Part shown: positions 39,016 to 48,591 of the stretch, piece by piece
How the letters are laid out: each line of letters opens with the position of its first letter
Position numbering within the stretch: position 1 is the first letter of the stretch
Assembly (NCBI GenBank): GCA_963664395.2
Contig: OY761159.2
Coordinates: 704,001-768,000, forward strand
Length of the DNA stretch: 64,000 nucleotides
Direction of reading: 5' to 3'
Origin: Candidatus Binatia bacterium
Lineage (GTDB): Bacteria > Desulfobacterota > Binatia > Bin18
Notes under the pieces: model-generated
Told to the model about the DNA's origin: nothing
The model's database searches: none
Seen by the model: only the letters and a program-made list of their open reading frames with translations
Translations under genes and position numbers: made by a program

Positions 39016-39285
39016 ATGCAGGTCAGTATCAAACTCTTTGCCACTCTTCGGAAAAAACTCCCCAAAGGCTCTATGGGGAAAGCCACGCTTGACCTCGTAG
39101 ATCAGGCAACCATCAACGACCTGATTCAACAACTCGACGTTCCCCTCGACCTGGCCCAGATGGTTCTGGTCAACGGCGAGCAAACCCGGGAGTTCGATCA
39201 GGCGCTTACGGACGGCGACCAGGTCAGCATATTCCCACCGGTGGCGGGGGGAGCGAGTGAAGCCTCTTACGTGAAAAGACGGTAA
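39016..39285 (+). CDS. MoaD/ThiS sulfur carrier (AorD-like) with a C-terminal extension after GG
   Basis: MQVSIKLFATLR...LVNG...DGD.VSIFPPVAGG-ASEASYVKRR. Confidence 0.88.
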   Translation: MQVSIKLFATLRKKLPKGSMGKATLDLVDQATINDLIQQLDVPLDLAQMVLVNGEQTREFDQALTDGDQVSIFPPVAGGASEASYVKRR

Positions 39286-39344
39286 GACCTTATTTCTATA
39301 ACCCGCCTTTTCACTGCCCGCCTTCCTTCAGCCAGTTCACCCAC

Positions 39345-41084
39345 TCAGCGGGGAATAACCGGCAACACCACATGCGAGGGATGCGCGTCATCATGAAAGA
39401 CGCGCTGCAGGGCGGGCTCCAGGCGACTGGCCTCGCCACCGGCCTCGCCGGTTTGCGGGTTGCGATCAAAACGCGGAAAGTTTGAACTGGCGATGTCAAG
39501 ACGAATACGGTGACCTGCTTTGAAAACATTGCTGGTCGCCCACAGGTCTAGGGTAAACTCGTAGACCTCACCTGGCTTGAGGAGCGTGGCCTGAGCTTTC
39601 GAGACTCGATAGCGGCCACGCATGATCCCGTCAGTCAGATTCTGGGCGTATCCTTCGGGATGCACATCGACCAGCTTGGCCGTAAAATCCGTATCCACCG
39701 CGCTGGTGGCCGCATACAGCGTCAGCGTGACAGGTCCGGTGACCTCGACATCCTGCTCAAGTACGGGGGTGGTGTACACCAGGACGTCTTCCCGCTCTTC
39801 CACCGAACGTTGATCGAACGCGCCACCGGGTACGGCCGCCGGCCAGCAGCATAGCCCGCCGCCTTTGGTCGGAACGGGGTGACGCGGATCAGACACAAAC
39901 ACGTCAGCCGGTTCGCTCCGCGGAGCCTCGGGACTTAATGTTCCATCACCGCGCAGGCTGTTCGCGTTGCCGGCACTGTGCAAATAGTAGGGCGTGTAGC
40001 GCGTCCGAGCCAGCGGCCATTCGTTTTCATTCCGCCAGGTATTATGACCCATGACAAAAATACGCACCGGCGGCTCTTCCAACAGGCCGTTCTGTTTGCC
40101 CTTGAGCCAGTAGTCAAACCATTTGAGGTGCAGGCCGTCCAGGTCGGCGGCTAATGAAGTACTCGATAACCCGAAATTCGCTTCGCCGACAATATTGCTC
40201 AGCGGCAACGTATGGTGCCACGGGCCGATAACGAGTTTCTGACCGTTTCGAGCCTCTGCCGTAGCGCCCCGCTCACGCATACCCAGATAGTTCCGAATCG
40301 TGCCGCCCAGGAAGATGTCATACCAGCCGCCAACATTACACGCCGGAATGGGAATCGTGTCATGCCGATTTTCGATATTGAGCTGTGCCCAGTAGTCGTC
40401 ATCGTCCGGATGCGCCAGCCAGTCGTAAAAGTACGGCGCCGACTTGCTCAAGAACGGAAAATCCTTAAGCGGGAGATGACGAAACGCCTCACACATATCA
40501 TCAATCCCGGACAGGAGCTGTCCGACGTCGTCCCGCAGTTCGGGCTGTTCCCTGGCAAGACGCATGGCCGTATCGGGCGCCAGGCCGGTCATGGTCCAGC
40601 TCGCATTAAAGCCAAGCGCAAAGGCTCCGCCCTGATAGGTCCAGCCTTCGTGATAATCGGACGCCGTAATCAGCGGGAAGATGGCTTTCAAATGGGGCGG
40701 CTTGCTCAAGGCGGCCAACCATTGGGTGGCACCAACGTAGGACGCGCCATACATACCCACGTTCCCGTCCGACCAGGGCTGTACGGCACACCACTCAACG
40801 GTGTCGTAGCCATCGGCTATGTCATCCCGAAAGGTGTAGAACTCTCCGTCCGAGGCGTAGCGTCCACGCGAGTCCTGGATGACAACGGCATAGCCCTCAC
40901 TGGCTGTCCGGATGACATCAAGCATGAGCATGGAAATAGTCGTCAGCCCTTTGTCGTACGGGGTCCGCTGCAAGATAACCGGATGCGTTCCCGTAGCCGG
41001 GCGATAGACATCGGCTCGCAACAGCGTGCCGTCCCGCATGGGGACGGCCACATCTTTTTCAACAATCAGTGTGGACTCGCTCAT
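39345..41084 (-). CDS. CocE/NonD family hydrolase
   Basis: VPMRDG, RTPY, DSRGRYASDG, GASYVG, GGWYD, IGPW.H and SSNFPRFDRN motifs. Confidence 0.92.
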   Translation of the reverse strand: MSESTLIVEKDVAVPMRDGTLLRADVYRPATGTHPVILQRTPYDKGLTTISMLMLDVIRTASEGYAVVIQDSRGRYASDGEFYTFRDDIADGYDTVEWCAVQPWSDGNVGMYGASYVGATQWLAALSKPPHLKAIFPLITASDYHEGWTYQGGAFALGFNASWTMTGLAPDTAMRLAREQPELRDDVGQLLSGIDDMCEAFRHLPLKDFPFLSKSAPYFYDWLAHPDDDDYWAQLNIENRHDTIPIPACNVGGWYDIFLGGTIRNYLGMRERGATAEARNGQKLVIGPWHHTLPLSNIVGEANFGLSSTSLAADLDGLHLKWFDYWLKGKQNGLLEEPPVRIFVMGHNTWRNENEWPLARTRYTPYYLHSAGNANSLRGDGTLSPEAPRSEPADVFVSDPRHPVPTKGGGLCCWPAAVPGGAFDQRSVEEREDVLVYTTPVLEQDVEVTGPVTLTLYAATSAVDTDFTAKLVDVHPEGYAQNLTDGIMRGRYRVSKAQATLLKPGEVYEFTLDLWATSNVFKAGHRIRLDIASSNFPRFDRNPQTGEAGGEASRLEPALQRVFHDDAHPSHVVLPVIPR

Positions 41085-41094
41085 ACTCGCCTCC

Positions 41095-42036
41095 TTAATT
41101 TCCAGACACACAATCGACCCGCCCGAACAGGGCGGCCAGTCGCTCGCAGTCTGTCGCGGCCAGCGGCTCTTCGAGCAAAGAGGCAACATTCTCTTTGAGA
41201 TGCCCGACATTGCCGGTTCCGGTCAGGACGCTGTCCATCCCAGGCTCGTGCCGACAGTAGCGGTAGGCCGCCTCGGGAATAGTCCCCGCTTTCCCATTTT
41301 CAGTCAAAAAGCCAAGCAGGTTCTGGGTCTCACACAGGGCTGGATCGATTTGGTTTTTGTCTTTGAGTTCAGCCAGAATCTTTTTCAGGTAATCCGGGCG
41401 GCTGAGCGCGTTCCGCACGGCAAACATGCCCATGGTCCCAATGCGCTTGGCCTGCGTTTTTGGGAACACCCGCTGGCGGGCGGATTGGTTCAAAAAATTA
41501 AACCCGATCATCATCACATCCCAGCAGTCGTCCTGAAGCGCCTGCTCCGCCATCGCGTGCTGCGGGTCGGGAATAAAGGCTTCGGTCACACCGACAAAGC
41601 GTACCTTGCCCTGCTCTTGCAGCCGCAGCAGTACCGGGCAGAGCGTGTCGCGGGCGTATTCATACTGCTCGACCCGGACGCCGTGCAGATAAAAGACATC
41701 CACATAGTCGGTCTGTAAGCGCTTGAGGCTGTGTTCAACCCCGCGCCGGAGTTCACCGCTTGGGTCGTCACTCTCACGGGCCGGACACAGCTTCTTTGTA
41801 GAAATGACGAGGTGATCGCGGACAACGCCCTGTATCGCCTTCCCCACAATGCTCTCAGTCCCATAGGCTTCGGCAGTGTCAATCAGGTTGATTCCCAAAT
41901 CCAATGCCTGGCGAACGACCTCAATAGATTCTTGCTCGGTTCTGCCGGTTTTCTGTCCCAGTCGGCTGTGGCCGCCACAACCCAAGCCGGCCACGCTGAC
42001 ATTGAGACCAGTTCGTCCGAGGGTGGTGTATTGCAT
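41095..42036 (-). CDS. Aldo/keto reductase
   Basis: LGRTGL.VS..GLG, DTA..YG, SLKRLQTDYVD..YLH and GKVRFVG motifs. Confidence 0.9.
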   Translation of the reverse strand: MQYTTLGRTGLNVSVAGLGCGGHSRLGQKTGRTEQESIEVVRQALDLGINLIDTAEAYGTESIVGKAIQGVVRDHLVISTKKLCPARESDDPSGELRRGVEHSLKRLQTDYVDVFYLHGVRVEQYEYARDTLCPVLLRLQEQGKVRFVGVTEAFIPDPQHAMAEQALQDDCWDVMMIGFNFLNQSARQRVFPKTQAKRIGTMGMFAVRNALSRPDYLKKILAELKDKNQIDPALCETQNLLGFLTENGKAGTIPEAAYRYCRHEPGMDSVLTGTGNVGHLKENVASLLEEPLAATDCERLAALFGRVDCVSGN

Positions 42037-42249
42037 ATGTATATATTCCCCGCCCAGTGAAGCCGCGCAGCCTGGAGTCTGGAATCCCCAGACCATATGC
42101 TCCCTCCCCTCTTTTCTGCAAGACCGTTCAATGCAGATGTCCAATCAAGATGTTCAATCGAGGAAAGAGAGCGCCTTGCTTTTCGTACGGTCCGGCGCTA
42201 TGGCCAGAGAGAAGATTGGTACACACTCATCAAAGGAGGGAGTCACACC

Positions 42250-42672
42250 ATGGCGAACAAAGATTTTGAAGTGAAACAAATCCTCAAGGCATATCGGCAG
42301 GGGCTGATCTCAGACGAACTGTTCGCAGAACAGATGCAAGAACTTGGGGCAAACGGCGCGACAGGCGGGCTTGATGTTGCCAACGTCTTTGACCACCGGG
42401 GGAGCCTATTCGCGAAGCTGCAGGAAACCCCTATGAGTCAAACCGTCGCATTCACCCTGCCGGCCGGCTATGGCAACGACACGGAGAATACCCACAAGGG
42501 CGACCAGATTATTTATGCCATCGAAGGCTGCGCAACCGCCAAAGTGTCCGGCACAGAGCAAGACATCAAAGCCGGTGATGTGCTCATGATTCCGGCCGGC
42601 GCTCCCCATACTCTTCGAACCGGGAACGAATCGTTCTTTGGCTTGACCATCCTGGCGCCGCCGGAACTGTAG
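42250..42672 (+). CDS. Cupin domain protein with a short helical N-terminal module
   Basis: NTH.GDQIIY..EG and AGD...IPAG.PH motifs. GGAGGG RBS. Confidence 0.8.
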   Translation: MANKDFEVKQILKAYRQGLISDELFAEQMQELGANGATGGLDVANVFDHRGSLFAKLQETPMSQTVAFTLPAGYGNDTENTHKGDQIIYAIEGCATAKVSGTEQDIKAGDVLMIPAGAPHTLRTGNESFFGLTILAPPEL

Positions 42673-42704
42673 CCACTCTCGGACGACCTCTTCGGCAATA
42701 CCGG

Positions 42705-42730
42705 GGGGCGCAGCCTGCTGCGTCCCCTAC
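42705..42730 (-). repeat. GTAG-type REP-like palindrome
   Basis: Reverse complement GTAGGGGACGCAGCAGGCTGCGCCCC. Overlaps the stop of the isochorismatase-family gene. Confidence 0.5.
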
Positions 42731-43350
42731 GCTAACGCCCGGATCACCTCATCCGACGTACATACCGTTGTCAGCCCTCCCAGGGCTGCGCCTAAAATCA
42801 CCCCATGGGCTTCTTCGGTCGTCGCCGCACAGCAGTCTTCGGGAATGAAGATGTGATAGCCGCGGTCAGTTCCGTCCCGGGCTGTGCCTTCGACCACGCC
42901 ATCTGTGGCGATGCCGGTCAGCACCAGGTGGGTGCGCCCTTGGGAATTGAGAATGGCTTCCAAAGGACTGGCGTAAAAGGAACTCACCCGCGTTTTGGTA
43001 ATCACCAAGTCTTCCGGCTCGGGGGTGAGGTCGGCATGGATGTCAGCTCCCCACGTCCCGTCCTGTAAGGCTTCCATTTGCTTGATCACCTGAAAGACCT
43101 TTACGTGCTCCAGTAAGTCGGAGTAATCCGACCGGTAGGCATGTCGAACATGGATGATCGGTACGTGCGCCGTCCTCCCCGCGGCAGCCAGGGCGCTGAT
43201 ATTTCCCAAGATGTTCTTTTCCTTAATAAGCCTGGGCATGGCCCCGCCAGTCAGGTGCCCGCCAAATTTGCCGTCTTCATGCACAATATCGTTCTGGCAG
43301 TCCATTATCAGAATGACGGTTTTCTCTTTTGGCAACGTTAGCGCACTCAT
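42727..43350 (-). CDS. Isochorismatase/cysteine hydrolase family protein
   Basis: MDCQND, K.R.SSF, G..TD..VE.TARD..DRGY and EDCC motifs. Confidence 0.88.
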   Translation of the reverse strand: MSALTLPKEKTVILIMDCQNDIVHEDGKFGGHLTGGAMPRLIKEKNILGNISALAAAGRTAHVPIIHVRHAYRSDYSDLLEHVKVFQVIKQMEALQDGTWGADIHADLTPEPEDLVITKTRVSSFYASPLEAILNSQGRTHLVLTGIATDGVVEGTARDGTDRGYHIFIPEDCCAATTEEAHGVILGAALGGLTTVCTSDEVIRALA

Positions 43351-43509
43351 GCGACCCTCCTCCTTTTTGTGTCCTCTAGTGTATCCGGCGTATTCACTCT
43401 GATCCTATATCAATAATATTTTGCTCTGTCGCGCCGGCGTGTGGCAGAGCGGATACATCACCTCATTTCAGATTGACAGACCAGAACATCCTCTATCTAA
43501 TCGCGGCTG

Positions 43510-44835
43510 ATGAGAGAGCCAGATTCCTTGGACGACCTCAAGAGCGAGGGCGGGCGAGCAGACCGCGGCGAACGGGTCTTCTATGGCTGGCTGATTGTCG
43601 GCGTCCTGTTCTTTATCTCCATCATCGACGGGGGGTTCACCTATACCTTCTCGACCTTTCTGAAGCCGCTCACCCAGGAGTTCGGCTGGTCACGCGCCGA
43701 GACCGCCACGGCTTTCTCCCTGTATTTGTTCGTTGCCGGCCTCGTCCTGCCCGTGTGGGGATGGCTCATCGACCATGTTGGTGCCCGCTGGGTCTTTCTG
43801 CTGAGCGCACTCATTGACGGCGTCGCCCTGCTCTTGCTCAGCACAGTCCACAGCCTTACCGGCTTCTATGCCTTATACCTGTTTTTAGGTGTCGGACTGG
43901 CAGGGATCGGCCCCATGCCCGTGGGTAAGGTCATTACCCAATGGTTTGTGGCCAAGCGGGGCCTGGCCATGGGCATCGCCCTGGTCGGCGCGAGTGGTGG
44001 CGGGCTGGTGCTCGTACCGCTGTGCGGTTTTTTGATCGCTGAATTTAGTTGGCGGCTGGGCTACCAGGTCCTGGCCGCCTTGTCCCTGTTCGGAATGCTG
44101 CCCCTGGTCTGGTTCTTTGTCATCAATACCCCAGAGGAAAAGGGACTCAAGCCGTTGGGGCAAAATAGTCCGCAAAATAGTCCGACAAAGAATCACACGC
44201 CGGTAACGCCTGAGCAAAAGCAAGAACCAAAACAGGACGCTCGGGACTGGACACTCAGACAAGCGCTGTCCACGCCAACCTTTTGGCTCTTAGGGGTCGC
44301 ATTCTGTCTGGGGCTGATGGCGGCTGGGGCTGTGCATGCCCACCAGGTCGCATTTTTTCAGGATGCCGGTTACAGCCTCGAGTTGGCTTCAACGATTACC
44401 GGCATCTCTTTAGGCATGAGTATGGCCGGGCGGTTTCTGGCCGGCTGGGTCAGCGAACACGTCCGCCACCCGCACGCCCTCCTCGCCGAGTGTCTGTGCA
44501 TGCAGGCGGTCGGCATCGGGGCCTTACTCTATCTGGAGAGCCTCGGGTTCTGGGCGCTGGCGCTGTTCGTGACGCTCTTTGGACTGGGGTATGGCGGCAT
44601 GATTGTGCTGTGGCCTTTGACGGTCGGACATGATTTTGGGCGGCAGTCTTTTGGGGCAATTGCCGGTGTACTGGGTACGTTGGGGCTGAGCCTTGGAGGC
44701 GCGCTGGGACCCATCGTTGCCGGTGCGTTTTATGATAACACCGGCAGTTATGACTGGGCGTTTGTGTCTTGCGTGGGCGTGTTTTTCGTGGGCGCAGGGG
44801 CCGCGGTCATGGCTCCGGAGCCGCGGGCTGTGTAG
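43510..44835 (+). CDS. MFS transporter
   Basis: About 12 transmembrane segments, FYGW, GWLIDHVG.R and WF...RGLAMG motifs. Confidence 0.9.
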   Translation: MREPDSLDDLKSEGGRADRGERVFYGWLIVGVLFFISIIDGGFTYTFSTFLKPLTQEFGWSRAETATAFSLYLFVAGLVLPVWGWLIDHVGARWVFLLSALIDGVALLLLSTVHSLTGFYALYLFLGVGLAGIGPMPVGKVITQWFVAKRGLAMGIALVGASGGGLVLVPLCGFLIAEFSWRLGYQVLAALSLFGMLPLVWFFVINTPEEKGLKPLGQNSPQNSPTKNHTPVTPEQKQEPKQDARDWTLRQALSTPTFWLLGVAFCLGLMAAGAVHAHQVAFFQDAGYSLELASTITGISLGMSMAGRFLAGWVSEHVRHPHALLAECLCMQAVGIGALLYLESLGFWALALFVTLFGLGYGGMIVLWPLTVGHDFGRQSFGAIAGVLGTLGLSLGGALGPIVAGAFYDNTGSYDWAFVSCVGVFFVGAGAAVMAPEPRAV

Positions 44836-44846
44836 GGCAATCTGGC

Positions 44847-44946
44847 TTAGAGCAAATTACGATGCTGTGGAGCCGCCCGCTGGATGCCGGATCACGTCCG
44901 GCATGACGGAAGCTACATGGCTAGAGCCTAGCGTAAAACGCTCTAG
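44847..44946. mobile_element. ~100-bp MITE-like element with TAGAGC...GCTCTA ends enclosing a CGTC-type REP palindrome
   Basis: TTAGAGCAAATTAC / GTAAAACGCTCTAG imperfect terminal inverted repeats. Internal ATGCCGGA-TCACG-TCCGGCAT-GACG at 44880-44908. Confidence 0.45.
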
Positions 44947-46652
44947 CCGGAAGCCCGCGGACCCCGCAGCAGCTGACCGGGCAACGCGCCGGTGTGTTCG
45001 TTGTGACGCAACACAACCTCGCCGTTCACGACTGTGGCCAGAAAGCCCTGAGCCTTTTGCTTGAGTCGCCTCGCGCCAGCCGGCAGATCATACACGACCT
45101 CGGGTAACTGGGGTGCGACGGTCTGGGGATCAAAGATCACCACATCGGCGTTCCAGCCCTCACGCAACAACCCTCGTCCGCTCAGACCCCAGTGAGAGGC
45201 AGGAATGAAACTCAACTGGCGCACCGTCTCTTCCAGCGTCAGCGCCTGCTTCTCCCGAACCCAATGGCCCAGGACATGGGTTTGGAGTGAGGAGTCCATG
45301 ATCTGTGAGACATGCGCGCCGGAGTCTGAAAAAGTGATGACCGAGCGCGGGTGGCGCATCATTTCCAGCACGTGATCTTGATTCTGGTTGACGAGCGGTT
45401 GGAGGAAAAATTGTTTCAAGCCCTTCTCCAACGCCAAGTCAATAAACACCTCGACCGGATCTTGCTGACGCTCCTCAGCAATCTCGGCGATTGAACGATA
45501 CGGTGGAGTGGCGGAGTCCATGACAAACAGCCACTTAAAATTCGCCGCGCGCGGCTCCGCGCCGACCCCACTGTTCGGATTGCGCGGCTTGTGGTGGGCG
45601 GCTTCAACAAGCTTCTGGCGTGTTTGCGGATTACGCAGCGCGGCTTCCTGGGCGGCCAATGGGAGTTTTCTGATATCGCACCACACCGGCAAGGTATCGA
45701 ACGGCGTGGCCGTCTCGAATGACAGCACAACATTCAGCGGACGACTATGCACCTGGATGAACATCCGCCCACCCGCCGCGGCTGTTTCGTCGGCCAGGCT
45801 AAAAAACGGCTGCCACATATTGGGCGCTTGGCGGCTGCTGAACATACCAAACGTGACCGGCACGCCGGTATCAACGGCAAGCGCTTTGAGCCGACCGAGA
45901 TATTCATCAATCCGTTCGGGGTCGAACCGGGCGTCTTCGTTGGCAATTTCAAACACACCGGCGTTCAGCTCACCCATGACGCCCACCAGTTGGCGTACCT
46001 CCTCCCAGGTCGCCAGCCGGCTGGCAACCGGTTGACCGTCCGGCGTCTGATGGTTGTGGGTGCGTGAAGTGCTCAGTCCGATAGCACCAGCCTGAATAGC
46101 GGCCCGCACTTCGCGCTGCATGGCTTCCAGGTCTGTCGCACTCGCTGCTTGGGTAAATGCGCGCTCACCCATGATATAGGTACGCAGCGCCGAGTGACCG
46201 ATATAAGCGGCATAGTTAATGCCCTTCGGTAGCGCCTCAACCGCATCCAGATATTCCGGGTAGGTGGTCCAACTCCACGCAATACCCGCTTCCATTGCTT
46301 CCGGGGCAATATCTTCTGCCCGTTCAAGATTGCGCATCACCAGCAGTTTGTCCTGCTCGGCACACGGCGCGAGAGAAAAACCACAATTCCCCATCACCAC
46401 ACTGGTGACACCGTGCCAGCAGGAACACGTCCCCAGCGGGTCCCAGAACACCTGGGCATCCATATGGGTGTGGGCATCGACAAAGCCCGGAGCGACCACA
46501 TGCCCCTCGGCGTCAATCACCTCGTGCGCACTGTCGCGGATTCTGCCGATAGCCGCGATTTTTCCGTGGCTGATACCGACGTCAGCCTGAAAGCGGGGCA
46601 GTCCCGAACCGTCAATAAGCGTACCGTTTTTGATAAGCAGATCGTATTGCAT
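44943..46652 (-). CDS. N-acyl-D-amino-acid deacylase family amidohydrolase (copy 2)
   Basis: Collinear paralog of 7176..8888. AAGGAGG RBS before MQYDL. Confidence 0.9.
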   Translation of the reverse strand: MQYDLLIKNGTLIDGSGLPRFQADVGISHGKIAAIGRIRDSAHEVIDAEGHVVAPGFVDAHTHMDAQVFWDPLGTCSCWHGVTSVVMGNCGFSLAPCAEQDKLLVMRNLERAEDIAPEAMEAGIAWSWTTYPEYLDAVEALPKGINYAAYIGHSALRTYIMGERAFTQAASATDLEAMQREVRAAIQAGAIGLSTSRTHNHQTPDGQPVASRLATWEEVRQLVGVMGELNAGVFEIANEDARFDPERIDEYLGRLKALAVDTGVPVTFGMFSSRQAPNMWQPFFSLADETAAAGGRMFIQVHSRPLNVVLSFETATPFDTLPVWCDIRKLPLAAQEAALRNPQTRQKLVEAAHHKPRNPNSGVGAEPRAANFKWLFVMDSATPPYRSIAEIAEERQQDPVEVFIDLALEKGLKQFFLQPLVNQNQDHVLEMMRHPRSVITFSDSGAHVSQIMDSSLQTHVLGHWVREKQALTLEETVRQLSFIPASHWGLSGRGLLREGWNADVVIFDPQTVAPQLPEVVYDLPAGARRLKQKAQGFLATVVNGEVVLRHNEHTGALPGQLLRGPRASG

Positions 46653-46758
46653 CCTCCTTCTATAAACGAGGCGGAAGCTCGAAAGCAAGGCATGGAAAAC
46701 CGGCCGAATCTGACGTAGAGTATGCACGACAAATGGTAACCATAAGGAGGGAAATCCC

Positions 46759-47871
46759 ATGTCAGAGTATAAACTCATTTCAGCAGACTCACATTTCGTT
46801 GAGCCACCCAGCATGTGGGCCGAACGTATGGATAAAAAGTTTCGCGACCGCGCCCCCCGCACCGTCAAAGGACTGAACGGCCGCGACGGGGAGTGGTTCG
46901 TGTGTGAGAATATCACCCCGATGTCAGTCGCCGGCTTCTTTGGTGCCGGCGTGCCCTCGCCAGACCTTCCTGAGCACAGCAAAAAGGGCTTTGATGAAGC
47001 GCCCAAGAGTGTCTGGGACGCCGCCTATCGGATCGCGGATCAGGATCGGGACGGCGTACAGGCAGAGGTGATTTATACCTCCATGGGGATGCCGCTGTTC
47101 GGGTTGGACGACGCGGAACTCCGCTATTCCTGCTTTCGGGCCTTTAACGGCTGGGCGACCGAGTATTGCAGCTACGACCCGAAACGTCTCGTCCCACTCG
47201 GCCTTATCACGCTGGAAGACATTCCACTGGCCGTGGACGAACTGCAACGTATTGCCAAACAGGGCATGCGGGGCGCCATGATCTGGGCCGAGCCGCCGGA
47301 CGACCGGCCCTATAGTCATCCCGACTATGAGCCTTTTTGGGCCGCCGCCCAGGACCTCAATATGCCGCTCTCGCTCCACATTCTCACCGCCCGGAGCGGC
47401 ACGGGCGCAAACCAGGCGAGTGGCAAGGGTTTTCTGCTTTCCCTGGCGACCCTGCATCACCAGATTGAACGCTCGATTTCCGAGATGGTCTATGGCGGTG
47501 TGCTTGAGAAGTTTCCCAGCCTCAAGATCGTCTCGGCTGAAAACGATGTCGGCTGGATGGCTTATCTGATGTACCGCCTTGATATCGTGCAGCGGCGGCT
47601 CGGTGCGCTGGGAAACATGGACCTACCGCTACGTGCCAGTGATTATATCAAGCGGCAAGTCTACGCGACCTTTATCGCCGACCCGGTGTTTGTGGATTCT
47701 CTCCATCGCTACGGCCCGGACAACACCATGTGGTCGTCCGACTATCCGCATACGGCCGCAACCTTCCCACGTTCGCAGGAGATCGTGAAAAAACGGCTGG
47801 GCGCACTTCCCGAAGAAGATTTGCACAAGATCGTGTATGGAACGGCCGCACGCGTATACGGCTTGGAGTAA
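46759..47871 (+). CDS. Amidohydrolase_2 family protein
   Basis: ISADSH..EP, P.SLH, E.D.GW and WSSDYPH motifs. Confidence 0.9.
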   Translation: MSEYKLISADSHFVEPPSMWAERMDKKFRDRAPRTVKGLNGRDGEWFVCENITPMSVAGFFGAGVPSPDLPEHSKKGFDEAPKSVWDAAYRIADQDRDGVQAEVIYTSMGMPLFGLDDAELRYSCFRAFNGWATEYCSYDPKRLVPLGLITLEDIPLAVDELQRIAKQGMRGAMIWAEPPDDRPYSHPDYEPFWAAAQDLNMPLSLHILTARSGTGANQASGKGFLLSLATLHHQIERSISEMVYGGVLEKFPSLKIVSAENDVGWMAYLMYRLDIVQRRLGALGNMDLPLRASDYIKRQVYATFIADPVFVDSLHRYGPDNTMWSSDYPHTAATFPRSQEIVKKRLGALPEEDLHKIVYGTAARVYGLE

Positions 47872-47916
47872 AACATATCGTCTCCAGTCCTGTTGACGAC
47901 GCCGTATAAACAAGAC

Positions 47917-47941
47917 AGGGCCGAGGAAAATCCTCGGCCCT
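47917..47941 (+). terminator. GC-rich hairpin after the amidohydrolase gene
   Basis: AGGGCCGAGGA-AAA-TCCTCGGCCCT, with a weak U tail. Confidence 0.45.
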
Positions 47942-47972
47942 CGTTCATACATTTGTTCATAAAGAGGAGTCT

Positions 47973-48524
47973 ATGAAACTCTCACAGCCCCGCATCACAC
48001 CAATCGGAGAAGATGAATGGACGGACGAACAACGCGAGTCACTAGAAGCCCGCTCCCGGGCGGGACATGTCTATAATGTCATTGGCACTATGGCTCGCCA
48101 CTGGGAAGCCTCAAAAAAGTTTCAGGTCTGGGCTTACCACGTCATGGGTGACACCTCGGCCTTGGTCCCGAGAGAGCGGGAGCTGTTAATCCTGCGCATC
48201 GGCTGGCAGTGTCAGGCCGAATATGAATGGGGTCAGCATGTGATTTTCGGTAAAGAAGCCGGCCTGACCGATGAAGAAATCGCACGGATTAAAACCGGCC
48301 CGGACGCCGCCGGCTGGGACCTATTTGATGCCACCCTCCTACGTGCCGCAGACGAACTGCACGCAGACGCGTTTATCAGCGACGCCACCTGGGCAGCCTT
48401 GAGCGAGCGCTATACGACCCAACAACTCATGGACGTGGTCTTTACCGTCGGACAGTACAATATGGTGTCCATGGCGCTCAACTCCTTTGGGGTGCAACTG
48501 GACGACGGCGTCAAAGGCTTCTGA
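47973..48524 (+). CDS. Carboxymuconolactone decarboxylase/AhpD-like protein
   Basis: RERELLILR.G....AEYEWGQH and LLRAADEL...ISDATW motifs. Confidence 0.88.
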   Translation: MKLSQPRITPIGEDEWTDEQRESLEARSRAGHVYNVIGTMARHWEASKKFQVWAYHVMGDTSALVPRERELLILRIGWQCQAEYEWGQHVIFGKEAGLTDEEIARIKTGPDAAGWDLFDATLLRAADELHADAFISDATWAALSERYTTQQLMDVVFTVGQYNMVSMALNSFGVQLDDGVKGF

Positions 48525-48591
48525 CAGTGCCCTGCCCTGGGAAGAATAGGCCAAGTAACAAGACTCTCACCCGGACACCGGTCGCCTTGCC

